From: an uncultured Caldisericota bacterium
Lineage (GTDB): Bacteria; Caldisericota; Caldisericia; B22-G15
Reading direction: 5' to 3'
Assembly (NCBI GenBank): GCA_964640995.1
Contig: CAZXJJ010000003.1
Coordinates: forward strand, 198,829-262,828
Length of the DNA stretch: 64,000 nucleotides
Shown here in pieces: positions 31,298 to 43,300 of this stretch. The notes beneath the pieces were generated by a model. It was not told where the DNA came from and did not search any database. It saw only the letters and a list, made by a program, of their open reading frames with translations. Numbering within the stretch: position 1 is the first letter of the stretch; every line of letters starts with the position of its first letter. Position numbers and translations under genes: made by a program.

Positions 31298-32284
31298 ATG
31301 TTTGGATTAGGAATTTGGTTTACAGTGATTATCATTGTAATACTTTTAATAATACTATTTTCATTTATTCCAGTTGGTCTTTGGATCGCATCAATTGCAG
31401 CAGGAGTTCCTGTAGGATTAATCAACCTTATCGGAATGAGATTAAGAAGAGTAGTTCCAGCAAAAATTGTTTTGCCATTAATTAAAGCAACAAAAGCAGG
31501 TCTTTCTGTTTCTGTTGATAAACTTGAGGCACATTACCTTGCCGGTGGAAATGTTGATAGAGTAATTGATGCATGGATTGCAGCAGAAAGAGCAGGAATC
31601 CCATTAACATTTGAAAGAGCAGCAGCAATTGATCTTGCGGGAAGAGATGTTCTTGAAGCAGTTAGAATGAGCGTTAATCCAAAAGTTATTGAAACTCCTA
31701 TAGTTGCAGCAGTTGCAAAAGATGGAATTGAACTAAAGGCAAAGGCAAGAGTAACAGTTAGAGCAAACATTGATAGATTGGTAGGTGGAGCAGGAGAAGC
31801 AACAATTATTGCAAGAGTAGGTGAAGGAATTGTTACAACAATAGGCTCTGCTGAAACTCATAAAGAGGTTTTAGAAAATCCAGATAGAATTTCTAAAACA
31901 GTTTTAGAGAAAGGTTTAGACACAGGTACTGCTTTTGAAATTTTATCTATTGATATCGCAGATGTCGATGTTGGACAAAACATTGGAGCAAAATTAAGAA
32001 TTGATCAAGCAGAGGCAGATAAAAGAATTTATCAAGCAATGGCAGAACAAAAAAGAGCGATGGCAGTTGCAAGAGAACAAGAAATGAAGGCCCTCACTCA
32101 AGAGATGAGAGCAAAAGTTGTTGAGGCAGAAGCAGAAATTCCTAAAGCTATCGCTGAAGCATTAAAACAAGGAAAATTAGGTGTTTTTGATTACTATCAA
32201 CTTAAAAACATTCAAGCAGACACAACAATGAGAGAGTCAATTTCAAAAATTTCTGAAGAGGAGAAAAAAGAGGAAGAGAGATAA
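31298..32284 (+). CDS. floA: flotillin-like protein FloA (SPFH/band-7, UPF0365)
   Basis: 328 aa; N-terminal TM, SPFH domain, Ala/Glu-rich C-terminal coiled coil; same size and order as B. subtilis yqfA. Confidence 0.8.
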   Translation: MFGLGIWFTVIIIVILLIILFSFIPVGLWIASIAAGVPVGLINLIGMRLRRVVPAKIVLPLIKATKAGLSVSVDKLEAHYLAGGNVDRVIDAWIAAERAGIPLTFERAAAIDLAGRDVLEAVRMSVNPKVIETPIVAAVAKDGIELKAKARVTVRANIDRLVGGAGEATIIARVGEGIVTTIGSAETHKEVLENPDRISKTVLEKGLDTGTAFEILSIDIADVDVGQNIGAKLRIDQAEADKRIYQAMAEQKRAMAVAREQEMKALTQEMRAKVVEAEAEIPKAIAEALKQGKLGVFDYYQLKNIQADTTMRESISKISEEEKKEEER

Positions 32285-32706
32285 TGGATTCCTTTATCAT
32301 AATAATAATCTTATACATTGTTTTATATATAATTCTTACTTTAATTAATATGATTAATCAAAAAAAGAAAAGAGAATTAATAAAAGAAAGTGAAGAAGAA
32401 ATATTAGAGGAGATAAAATTAACTCCTCCTATAATTGAAAAAGAATTTGAAATAGAAGAAGAGAAAGAGAAACTTAAGTATGAGTCAAAAGAACCTAAAA
32501 AAATAGAGATACACGAAAAAGTTCTCATAAATACACAAGAAAAGAAAGATGTAAAATTTGAAAATGAAAAACTATCTAATGTAGAGATCTTATCTTATGA
32601 AAAAATTCCCAAAATAAAAAAAATCCTAAACTTTTCTAAAAATGATGTTTTGAAAGGTATCATATACAAAGAAATTCTCACTCCAAAATTTAAAAAAAAT
32701 GATTAA
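32284..32706 (+). CDS. YqfB-like small Lys/Glu-rich membrane-anchored protein
   Basis: 140 aa, one N-terminal TM then KE-rich region; third gene of the yqeZ-yqfA-yqfB-type operon. Confidence 0.45.
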   Translation: MDSFIIIIILYIVLYIILTLINMINQKKKRELIKESEEEILEEIKLTPPIIEKEFEIEEEKEKLKYESKEPKKIEIHEKVLINTQEKKDVKFENEKLSNVEILSYEKIPKIKKILNFSKNDVLKGIIYKEILTPKFKKND

Positions 32707-32737
32707 TATGATATTTTTTAGATCTAAAAAATTTTAA

Positions 32738-32758
32738 GGGCTGGAAATTTTCCAGCCC
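32738..32758 (+). terminator. perfect 21-nt palindromic hairpin GGGCTGGAAATTTTCCAGCCC after the floA operon
   Basis: Perfect inverted repeat followed by CTTTCATT. Confidence 0.5.
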
Positions 32759-32799
32759 TTTCATTAAATTGATGATTTAAATCAATCTTTTATTCTAAT

Positions 32800-35700
32800 A
32801 GTAATTTTTTGTTAATCTATCATTAAAGATTATAGTGTATCTATTGTTGTATTTATAGTCAATATCAAAGTGATATCTAATATCGCATACTCACCAAAAA
32901 ATGATATATCAGTACTCTTAAATCTTCTAAATGTCATCCAATCTGTATCAAATCCAATTAAAGGATTAATTACTCTCCACTTAGGAATTGACGATGATGC
33001 TAAGTCTAACAATACAATTGCACCTGTTTTTATGTTAAAAAAACAATTAACGAAAATTACAGTAAAACTTAAATTTTTTGTTAGAGTGATAGAAATAGGA
33101 TCTATTTTTGAATTTATATTTCCATACCATCCAATGAAATACCATCCAGAAGAAGGTGTAGCAGTAAGTGTTATTTGTGAATATTGATTATAAGGACCAG
33201 TTGGAGGATTTATTAATACTTTTCAATTGCCTAAAACGTTAACATTAATATTTGTAAAATATAGGTACTAAAGAAATGTCAGATTCAATCCTCACTCTTA
33301 TTCTATGACCCTCACTATATTCACCTGATAAACCTATTACATACAAATAATCTCCAATTTTTAATCACTCTTGGTAGAGTTCCAATATAACCATCAATAA
33401 ATATAATTATTTCACCACTTCCATCATCTATCTTACAAGTACTTGAATCGATTATTTTTGTAACATATCCTTCTATTTTTACAAGCCATCCTTCATTTTT
33501 TTTCTAAATTCAAATCTCCAGTTCTAAAATACTTTGGTTCATATACACTTGTCTATCCAATCCATAAGATATCCCTATAAAAATCATCAAATTTTAACTC
33601 TGTATCTCCATTATATTGATCGATTACACCTGTTAATTGTAAAATTACACCTTCTGGAATTATTTTATCTGTTGGAAAACTTCCAAAAACTGTAATACCT
33701 CCAGTCTCATCTTATAAATAGATTACATCAAAGAATTTTCCTGAACCAGATGTAACAACACCTCTTATAGTTACCCTCTCTCCCAATCTATCTGATACAT
33801 TATTATTATCCATATCTTTTCTTGCCTATCTAATAGGAGTCACTCTATTTATCTTACACAACAAATCAACAAGATTTAGTGTAAACGCTTCATTATTGCA
33901 ACCAGCCTCTCCCTCAATCCAATTTCCTGGTTCATAATTTGAAAATACCGCTCTTCCTAAAACCGCAACTCTTGCTCCATTTGGAAGAGTTTGAATTGAC
34001 ATAGCTGGCATATTTGAACCATTTGGATTCGAACGGTAACTATAAATATAATATCCTGCACCGACACGATTAACACCTGAAGGTGTATCGTCGTGATTAT
34101 AACTTGTTTGATTTGCATAAGCAATTTTGTGATACCATTACAGATTTTAGAATTTGTCTGAGGAAAATTATATAAACTAACTCCCCATAAATATCCATAA
34201 TTATTAATGTCATCATATATATTATCATGATTGATATTAATTCCTAATCCAAGGGAGGTGAGAAAATCATTATATCTTGTTAGATCTTCATTATAATTTG
34301 ATTTTGCTGTAAATAAAAGTGAACTGCCATTTTGAACAAAATTTCTTATTGCTTGTTTTCAGAATCTGATAAAAGTCTACTATCGGTTCCTCCTTGTGGA
34401 TATGTTATAACAAGTAAATCAACACTAAAAAAGTAATGATTCTGTTATTTCTTGATATGTATGTATAAATTCTTAACCATTGTGTGTAAACAAATCTGCA
34501 AATTCTGATAGATTATATAAACCGGTTCTAGATGTATAATCGCTTTTGTGATATCTATCAATTAAAATTCTCTTTCCTAAACTTTCAAGAACTCTAAATT
34601 TTATCTTTTGAGTATTATCATGTTCGGGATCTTCTTTAGGTCCTTCTAAAACAACATAAATTGTAAATAATCCAGAAGTTAGGGGTATCCAGTTTGTTGA
34701 TATGTTTAATTGTATTCCAGATGGCAAATCAACTGTTTTTGTGTCTATTAAAATTCCAGCAGCTCTTGGATCGCCTTCATAGAATTTAACTTGAAGATTT
34801 GAAAAAGATATTGACCCATAATTTTTTAATGTTGGGATAAGAGAAACTACTTTGTTTTGGAATATTGCCTTGGGCGAATAACTTAAAATAATGACTTTAA
34901 GATCAATATCAGATGGTGGTGTCCAAATTGGTGATGTAATTCCAACATCACCATCTTGTTCAACAACTCTTAAATAATACCTACAACTACCACCTTTATA
35001 AATTATTGTAAATTTTTTTTCAAATTTTTGTGAATTATTTGTCCAAGAATGAAGAACATGACCACTATTTGTTATAATTTCGACTAAAATTATTTTGTCA
35101 GAAGAGTCTGGATCATAAGTGTAAATTTCAAACTGAATATTTTCACCACTTTTAGCAGGAATAGTTGATCCCATCAAATAATTGTTTGCTTTAAAACTCA
35201 ATTTTATATTTCTATCTTCTGTACTATATGTTCTCATCATTTTAAATGCTTCAAGAACATCATTTTTGGTTAAGTTGTTTGCTATTATTCCAGTCAAATT
35301 ATTTGGAGGATAACCCCAGTTTTTTGTATGGTTATCTTGTCCATTTGTTGCTCCAACATGCCAACCTTTATCAAGCGCATAAATGTAAGCATTTTCTAAT
35401 CTTGCATAAGAATATTGTGGAGATCCATTTCCGACCTCTTGATGAGTTATTATATCATCAAGATCTTCATCATAAGCAAATCCATTAAAATAATGCTACA
35501 AAAACGCCATTTTGAGTAAAATTATTCGCTTGAGTTAATGCATCATTCCATTCATTCATATCTAACCAATTTGAATGGTCTGTAATTACAAGAAAATCTA
35601 TTTTAGCTACATCTCTTACATATGTAAATACATCAACCGGAGTTAAAGCACCATCTGAATATGAGGTGTGAGCATATGGAACTCCAAAATAAAAGTTTTC

Positions 35701-37100
35701 AGTGGTTAGTGGTTCAATAATATAAAAATAAAAATTAAAAATTTTTATTTTTCCTGATAAATCTTTTACACCAATTTCCACTTTATGTTTCCCTAATGAT
35801 AAATCTGTTGAAGGAGTGTATGTTATTTGTGTCTCAGTTATTGTTGCATTATTTGTAAAATCTATATTATCTAATTTTAAATAAATGGTGCTTATATCAA
35901 TTCCACTTGAAGGTTCTGGATCAAAATATTTTGTCGAGATTGTTGGTCTTTTATTGTAATTTGATGAGAATCTTGAAGGTGAGAGATCATAAATAATAGG
36001 TTGTATGGTTTCTCCTTCAACTATTGGACCACTTTTTAAAGATGTAGGATCTCCTGTTGCATCCACTCTATAAATATCTTTTGCCATAAAGTAGTATTGA
36101 GTAATTACCTAATTATAGTGTTATCGAAAATTTATAAAGCCTACCATCCAAATAATTTGTATCAAGATAGTCGACTCACTCATAGAAAATGGACTTCCAT
36201 TTATTTCAAATCCATCCTTTAAAATATGAACCTTTGGAAAACCACTTTGAGGAGGATTGTTGTCTTGATCGAGATATTTGATTCTATACTCAAAATTTGT
36301 CGTTATATTGCCTATCTCTGGTTCAACTCCACTATTTTCATAGCCAGATTCTCCAGTCCAATCTAATGTTGGAGGACTATTGATTATTGCATTTATTGTT
36401 ATCCCAGATGTAGTTTGACCAGCACTAACACAAATATTTTCAACGACACCATTAGTGTAGACAGTATTTGTTGTTGGATCCAACAATTCAATTGTATAAT
36501 TACATCCTGCAGGTGCTGCTATTTTAAAATATCCAGCACTTCCTGTATAACCTTCTCTAACACCAATTATCTTCTGTTATATGAATACCAACAATTATGT
36601 TATTTAAATCTTTTACAACAACAATTTTGTTTTGTGCAGGATCATTTCCTAAATATGCATATCCTTCGATCCAAACTCCTAATGTTCCACTGCCTGTGCT
36701 ACTCATATTTAATTGTAGTATGGAGATATTAGCAGAATCTCTGTTTGAAGTTCCTTCTCTAACTCTTGCTTGATAGTAAATTGATTTAGACCAGTCAAAA
36801 TTTGCATTTCCAGTTATTGAATTTCTGTTTACTTTTGTAACAATCCATCCAGACCATTTTCCATTTGAATCAACATTAAAAGGTCATGAACTTGCCCAAG
36901 CCGTTGTATCAATGCCCTAAGTATATGGAGTTGTTCCGACATTTGCCCACCAAATTGCATATGTAAAATCGGTTGCAGGATACAATGGTAGTGCAAAACC
37001 AACTCTACTTTTAATTCTATGGGGAATTGTTTGTTAAAGTACACCATTTACAGATACGAAGACTGCAATAGGCGTTCCGTCACCAGGGGTTGTGGTTCCG
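32800..37100 (-). pseudogene. heavily decayed large secreted multi-domain protein with PHP-type metallophosphoesterase domain and Ig/CARDB-like repeats
   Basis: Pieces 36121..36486, 35485..36087 (PHP motif VPYAHTSYSDG...LVITDH), 34473..35297 and further fragments to about 32800 read as one protein; interrupted by many TAA/TAG/TGA stops and frameshifts; no start codon or signal peptide. Confidence 0.6.
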
Positions 37101-37236
37101 GATGTACAATCAATATTTTTAAATAATTCTCTAATTCTTATTATAATAGATAAAATTTTAGGTTGGATTTGGAATTAATTAAACAAATTTTAAAGTTTAT
37201 GGTTTGTTAAAATATTAAAATTAACAAAAATAAAAA

Positions 37237-37258
37237 AGCTGGGAGAATTCTCCCAGCT
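37237..37258. terminator. perfect 22-nt palindrome AGCTGGGAGAATTCTCCCAGCT flanked by A-run and T-run
   Basis: Immediately 3' of the 2227-aa gene on the minus strand; second 12-bp-stem hairpin CCACAGGGATCC...GGATCCCTGTGG at 37283-37320. Confidence 0.6.
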
Positions 37259-37329
37259 TTCAAGTCCTATCACCCTAAATCCCCACAGGGATCCCATAAA
37301 TAGGATCCCTGTGGTTCCTGTAAGTTTCT

Positions 37330-40300
37330 TTAGTTATACCAGAGGAATTCGATGGTTACTAATTGATAGAGTGAGTTCCAGTCAACTTTAGCACCAAAGG
37401 CTTCTGCAACAAATCTTAATGGTACAAATGTTCTGCCATTTACAATTACTGGTGCGACATCAAGAGTTACGACTTGACCGTTGACTATTGCTGTTGGGTT
37501 GCCTACCTGTAAACCAATCGTTGTGACAACTGATTTAAGGCTTAATGTTATATTAATTCCTTTTGTCTCTGGAATCCATTCAACTTGAGCACCGAATGCC
37601 TCTGCGATGAATCTTAGTGGTACCATTGTTCTTCCATCCTTGATGAATGGAGCTACTTCAAGTGGTTCACTGAATACTCCATTGACCTTTGGAGTAGGAT
37701 TACCAATCTGGAGTTCAAGTGTTGTCTTTCTGAATACTGTAACTGATGTCTCTATCTTCTTTGTATTTCCAACAGCATCTGTTGCAACTATTGTAACTTT
37801 GTTAACTCCATAAACAAGTGTGAGTTCGATTTCCCAATCATCATTTGCAACTGTTGCTGGTTTATCATTAACCATAACCTTTGCTCCTACTTCAACATAA
37901 CCTGTTAGTTTAACCTTTGTTGATGTGATTGGTCCGACTGGAAGTATAACTGTTACTTCTGGTGGAATTGTATCTAGAACAACTTTAACCATCTTTTCTG
38001 TCTTGTTTCCAGACTTATCTTTTGCAACAACAACTATCTCATTTTCACCTTCTTTAAGAGTTACATCTGCTGAGAATTTACCATCAGCATCAACTGTTGC
38101 CACATTTCCATTAACTATAACTGTTGGTACACCAGCATTATCTGATGCTATACCAGTAATTTTAACTGTTGGTTTATTTGTTGGGGATACTGGTTTATCA
38201 ACAGTAAGTTCTGGAGCAATTTTATCTGCACCGACAACAACTACTACTTTTCCTGGTATATATCCATCTCTTGATGCTGAAACAAGAATTTCACCTGCTT
38301 CTGTTGGTTTAACCATGAATTTAGCAACTCCATTTGCATCTGTTACACCAGAAAGATTCACTCCTGCACCATAGAGTGTAACTTCAGCACCTGCAACTGG
38401 GAAGTTAGGACCTGCTTCAACAACTCTAACTGTTACTTCAGTCTCTACACCAAAAACGAGTTCTCCTTTGATTGTTAGATCAAGACCCTTTGCTGAATCA
38501 AAGTATGGAAGTGGCCAGCTTGAATTTCCAACTGGTGGTGAAATTCTTGTTAATTCTCTCGCATCTGCGAAGTCATGTCCAAGTGGGCTTACCACGATAT
38601 TATTTGGACATACATAATCAGAGGTAAAGTCTGGTGCTCTATCATCATATGTCCAATAGAGTGGCTCACCCGCTGAATTGAATTTTTTCCACCATGGCCA
38701 CAACATATCATGATACCAGAAGAAATCATCACCATAGTGGTTAACTACTGCAAGATAAGCAACTTTTGTTCCTGTTCCACGAGGTCTAAAGTTAAGTGTT
38801 GCCATTGAATTTTCATCAAGTGTTCCATATGCCCAAACTTCAACATTTCCAACAAGTTGAACTTGAATTCCAGGTCTTGCTGGAAGATCTCTATTATCTG
38901 CAGGAAGTGCATTGACAAGAAGATGATTCTCAAGTCCATAAGTTAAGTCATAGTAATTTCGATTGAATATATCTTTGGTTAGTTCTGTTCTTGTTTCACT
39001 ATTTAGAACTTTGAATTTTAAGAAGTCTATATCGACTTTTTTATTAGCGTTTGCATACCAATCTAACCATAAAGCTCTATCATTATTAAGATCTGCATTA
39101 TTATATAGATTCTTTCCTAAGATTCCAGATAGAGCTCCAATATCTGTTGTAATTACAAAGAATGTTGCTTTACCATTTTCATCAAGAGGAATAGTATCAG
39201 CTAGGGTAATTAAGCATTCATCACCCGAGAGATCTGGGAATAGTTGTCCCCAATTCCACTTATCGTAGTTGTAATCTTTGTTGTATATTGCGTTGTTTGT
39301 CCATGTTCCTGTATCTGGTGGATTTGGCACTCCATCAACGACAGTATCACCAAATATACTGAATTTTGTGAAGCCATAACCAAATTCTGGCTCTCTTGGT
39401 TCATAGAAACTATAAACTCTTCCAGCTTCATCATAACTTGTTGCAACCAAGTTAAAGTAATGAGGTGTATATGCAACATATGGCAAGAATCCAGCATATA
39501 CTCCTTCTACTTCAGGTCTACAATCTTCTGCGGGTTTTCCAGGTCCACCTATTGGTTTGCCATTACAATCAGTTGCAGTAACAGTAACTTTATAGAATCT
39601 TAAATCACCAGCAGTCATAACAAAGTCTGGGTCACCTGGGACTGTATGAACTGTTCCATTTGGATCTTCAAGGTTTACAATCTCCCATTTAACTCTTGGT
39701 AGTTCCACTACAACTTCAACCTCTCCAAAACGTTTTCTATCTGGTGTGAAAACACTTACCGTGAATTTACCTTCATCATTAGCAGTGAATCCAAGGAATT
39801 TATAAATACCCTTTGCCTTTTCAGCAAAACTTCTTGTTGCGATTACACTTGAATTCCATTTATTTTTATCAACAGTTGAGTTTAGTAAAACTCTTACCCA
39901 ATTGTTCTTTCCGTCACTTGGTCTAAAGAGCCAATTTTGAATATTTGCATCTGTAACTGTTATTCCTCCAATTCCAACTGATAAGTTAACAGGTTTTCCA
40001 TCTTTATCAGTAACAACGAATGTTAAAGGTTCACTACCATTTAATTCTGGAACAACACCTGCAGTTAAGCATGGTCTTGTTTCGATTCTAAGGTCTTTTC
40101 TTCCAACTACTCTTAACTCTCTTTGACCAGCGAGATAAACTTCCCAATCTTCAATGTTTCCTGTTAATCTATTTGCAACTCTTGGATTAATACCATCGTC
40201 ACCATAAACGTATGAAGTTAATCTAACTGGAATAACTTCGTCATCAGCTAGTATTCCATCTGCATTGAAATCAAATCCAATCTCGTTGATTTGTGCACCA

Positions 40301-43300
40301 AAGGCGTCTGTCAAACTAAATATGTATTCGCCCTGGTTTATATTTGTCGTTAATGCGGTGTAACTTATAAATCCACCACTCCATGCTCTTGTTGCAATGT
40401 CATAGGTACCAATAATTTCTGTTTCATATTGTTTATATGAAATCCTTCCATCACCAGTAAAGTCAAAACCATTGTATACAGGGCTTAAGACAGGTGTGTT
40501 GTTTGTTGTATCATTGTTTACATTTAATCTTGTTCCACCTTTTGGAGTTTGACCCGAAATCCAACCATCACCAACACCAAATCTTACTCCTGTTGTTGGT
40601 CTTACTGGATGAAGAATTCCTCTATCATGCCACAAGAACATAACTACGTTATTAGCAAGTGGTTGTTTTGTTGTAATTGTTGTTTCACCATATGGAGTTG
40701 TTACATTATCAAATGGATAAACTTTTGCTGTTACTTTAAGAGTATTATCTGCATCAACTTCAAGGTCACTCTTATCTGTTACGAGTTCAACAGCGTGTAC
40801 TGGGATATTTTCTGGCGTGTCCATACAAGAGGTGCAATATTTATAAGTAACTTTACTTGTTCCATAAGTTGCAGTTACTTTAATATAACCTGGTCCTGTT
40901 GGTATAATTCCTTGCAATAACACGACGTTATTAAATATCCAACCATCTTCGAATTCGAAGTTGTTGATAAAGTAGCCACCTGGGGCTTCTAAGAGTGTTG
41001 AGGAGAAAGATGTAACTGTCCATCTATCAAAGTGTCTATATGATTTTGGTAAGTTTGGAGTAGTATTGTATGTGTATGCACCATTAAATGGTCCAACCAT
41101 GAATACAGGTTGTCCATCTTTACTTGCCTTTATTCCCTCAACAATTACTGAATCAGGTTTGAGATGATCACCATCCTTATCCTTGAGAATGAATCTTATT
41201 GTGTAGTTTGTTAATGGATAATACTCAGTACCAAGTTTCCAAAATACTTCTCTAAATTGAGCGTGTCTTGAATTAAATCCGTTTGTTAGACCAACAACTG
41301 CTGATGCACTTACTGGTCCACTATTAGGTTGTCCTTGCCAGTTATATCCCCAACCAGAACCTGGAAGGTTAGATTGACCACCTGGATAACTTCTTAATTC
41401 CATTGTTAAGTTTCTTAATATCCACGGGAATTGATTTGTTACCGGTCCGTATGGAGGATATGGATTTCCAAATTGAGAATATCTTAATCCGTTATCGACA
41501 ATTTCAAAATCAGCAAAGTTTATATCATAAATCTTTGCTGTTTTTACAGTAACAGGAGTTGTTGTCATGTAATCTATTAATTGGAAATCAAGATTTTGTG
41601 GATAAACAGGGTAGTCATACCAGTAGGCATTTCTTGTATCTAAATTTTGCTCTTGAATGTAGGTATTTGATAGAGGATATAAAATATTCCAGTAATTAGT
41701 TGTTGTAAATACTGTGAATTTAATTTCATCGCACTCTTTTGTAGGTGGCTTAACTGGAACCATAACCATACTATTAACTATTACGACTGGAAGTGGATAA
41801 TCAACTATTGTGTAGATTGTGTTGTTTCCAACAACGGTTTCTCCGTTATCAGGTATTCCATTTTTTAATATATTATCAGAGAATGTCATTGCAGAGACAC
41901 TTATTGGTGTGGAATTTAATATCTCATTTGGACTCCTCCAATTGTAAACATTATATGGCGCTTGGTCATTCATCAACCAAAGATAATCAACTGATGAACC
42001 TTTCTGTAAGATATATAAATTATTATATGTATCCCTTACAAGAGCATACCATAAGATTCCACCACCACTTGCATTTACATATGCATAAATATTTGTATCT
42101 TGGGCAGGATTAAATGGTCCAAATGGATCATCAACATCTATTAAATTATTACTATTTTCAATGTAGATTCCAAAGTTTGGAAATCTTTGATCAAGAAATG
42201 AAATACATTCTCTATCACCTCTTGCAATAATTACTTCTGGTTCAATTGGATAGAATTTTGAAAACCAGCAATCATACATATCTCTATACACACCATCTAC
42301 AAATATATAATCTGGTTCATTGTTCTCAACATAAGCATCTGCAGGGAACGGAATGGTTACATTTCCATATACACCATCTACTGGTCCAATAGCATCATAA
42401 ATTTCGGCATAGGCAGATATTCTTACTTGTGGAAAATCATGTTTCATTGTTTTTGCAAGTGAACCTCTCCATGGAGTAATTTCAAATCTATAGCTTTTTT
42501 GTGTTGCACTAAGATAGAAATCTCCGCCTGGAAGAACTGTTTCATATCCTTCTACATATGAAGGAGTTGGAGGATTTCCTAAATTAACTGGATGATAGCC
42601 TGGAACTTGTGCTAAAACGTGAACTTTTGCTCCTGGTGGCAATACACAATCTTCTGGTAATGAAACAATAACAGTGTATGTTTGTTCGACTCTTAGTCTA
42701 TCAACATCTTTACCTCCAGGATATGTTTCAAAAACCTTAACATCAAGAGTTATTTCTCCAGGAAGAACTGGTATATCAAAACCTCTGAAATCACCGTATA
42801 TTAATGTTAGTCCAGGATAAAGAAGTGGAGTTTGAGATTGATAACTATCATTAGCAACTACTGTATCTCCTGGGGAGATAACACCACCACCATCAATATC
42901 AATTACGTTTGTATCAGCGATTATTAATTCTGGTGATTGCGAAACTGAAGGTAGTAATTGAATTATATGTTTTACCTTAAAGAATAGTTCACCTTCAACA
43001 GGCTCTAAAACAAATTCATTATTATCAATGACATAGTCTGAATCTGTATCTAGGATATAGAGCTTATTACCATAAAGATCTGTTACTCTTATTACTTGCC
43101 CTTGATTTAGTAGATCACCATAGTTTCCATTAACTTGTCCAAACCATTGCTCTGCAGCAACCTCTGGATCGTAATCATCCTTGGTGTTGTTTGCAATTAA
43201 AAGAGACTGAGCGTTTAAAATATTATTATAGCCGTTATCAAACCAAATCTCAAGATCTAAAAATTCTCTGCTTGTTAATGTTATATTGTGGAAAACAGTT

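Noticed and set aside
25170-37100. In-frame TAG/TGA/TAA codons inside otherwise recognisable genes (livK, PHP surface protein) might indicate stop-codon reassignment or an alternative genetic code
   Set aside because: Intact housekeeping genes in the same window terminate with all three codons (rpsB TAA, tsf TAG, uppS TGA), and the broken genes also carry frameshifts and have lost their start codons, so ordinary pseudogenisation explains the pattern
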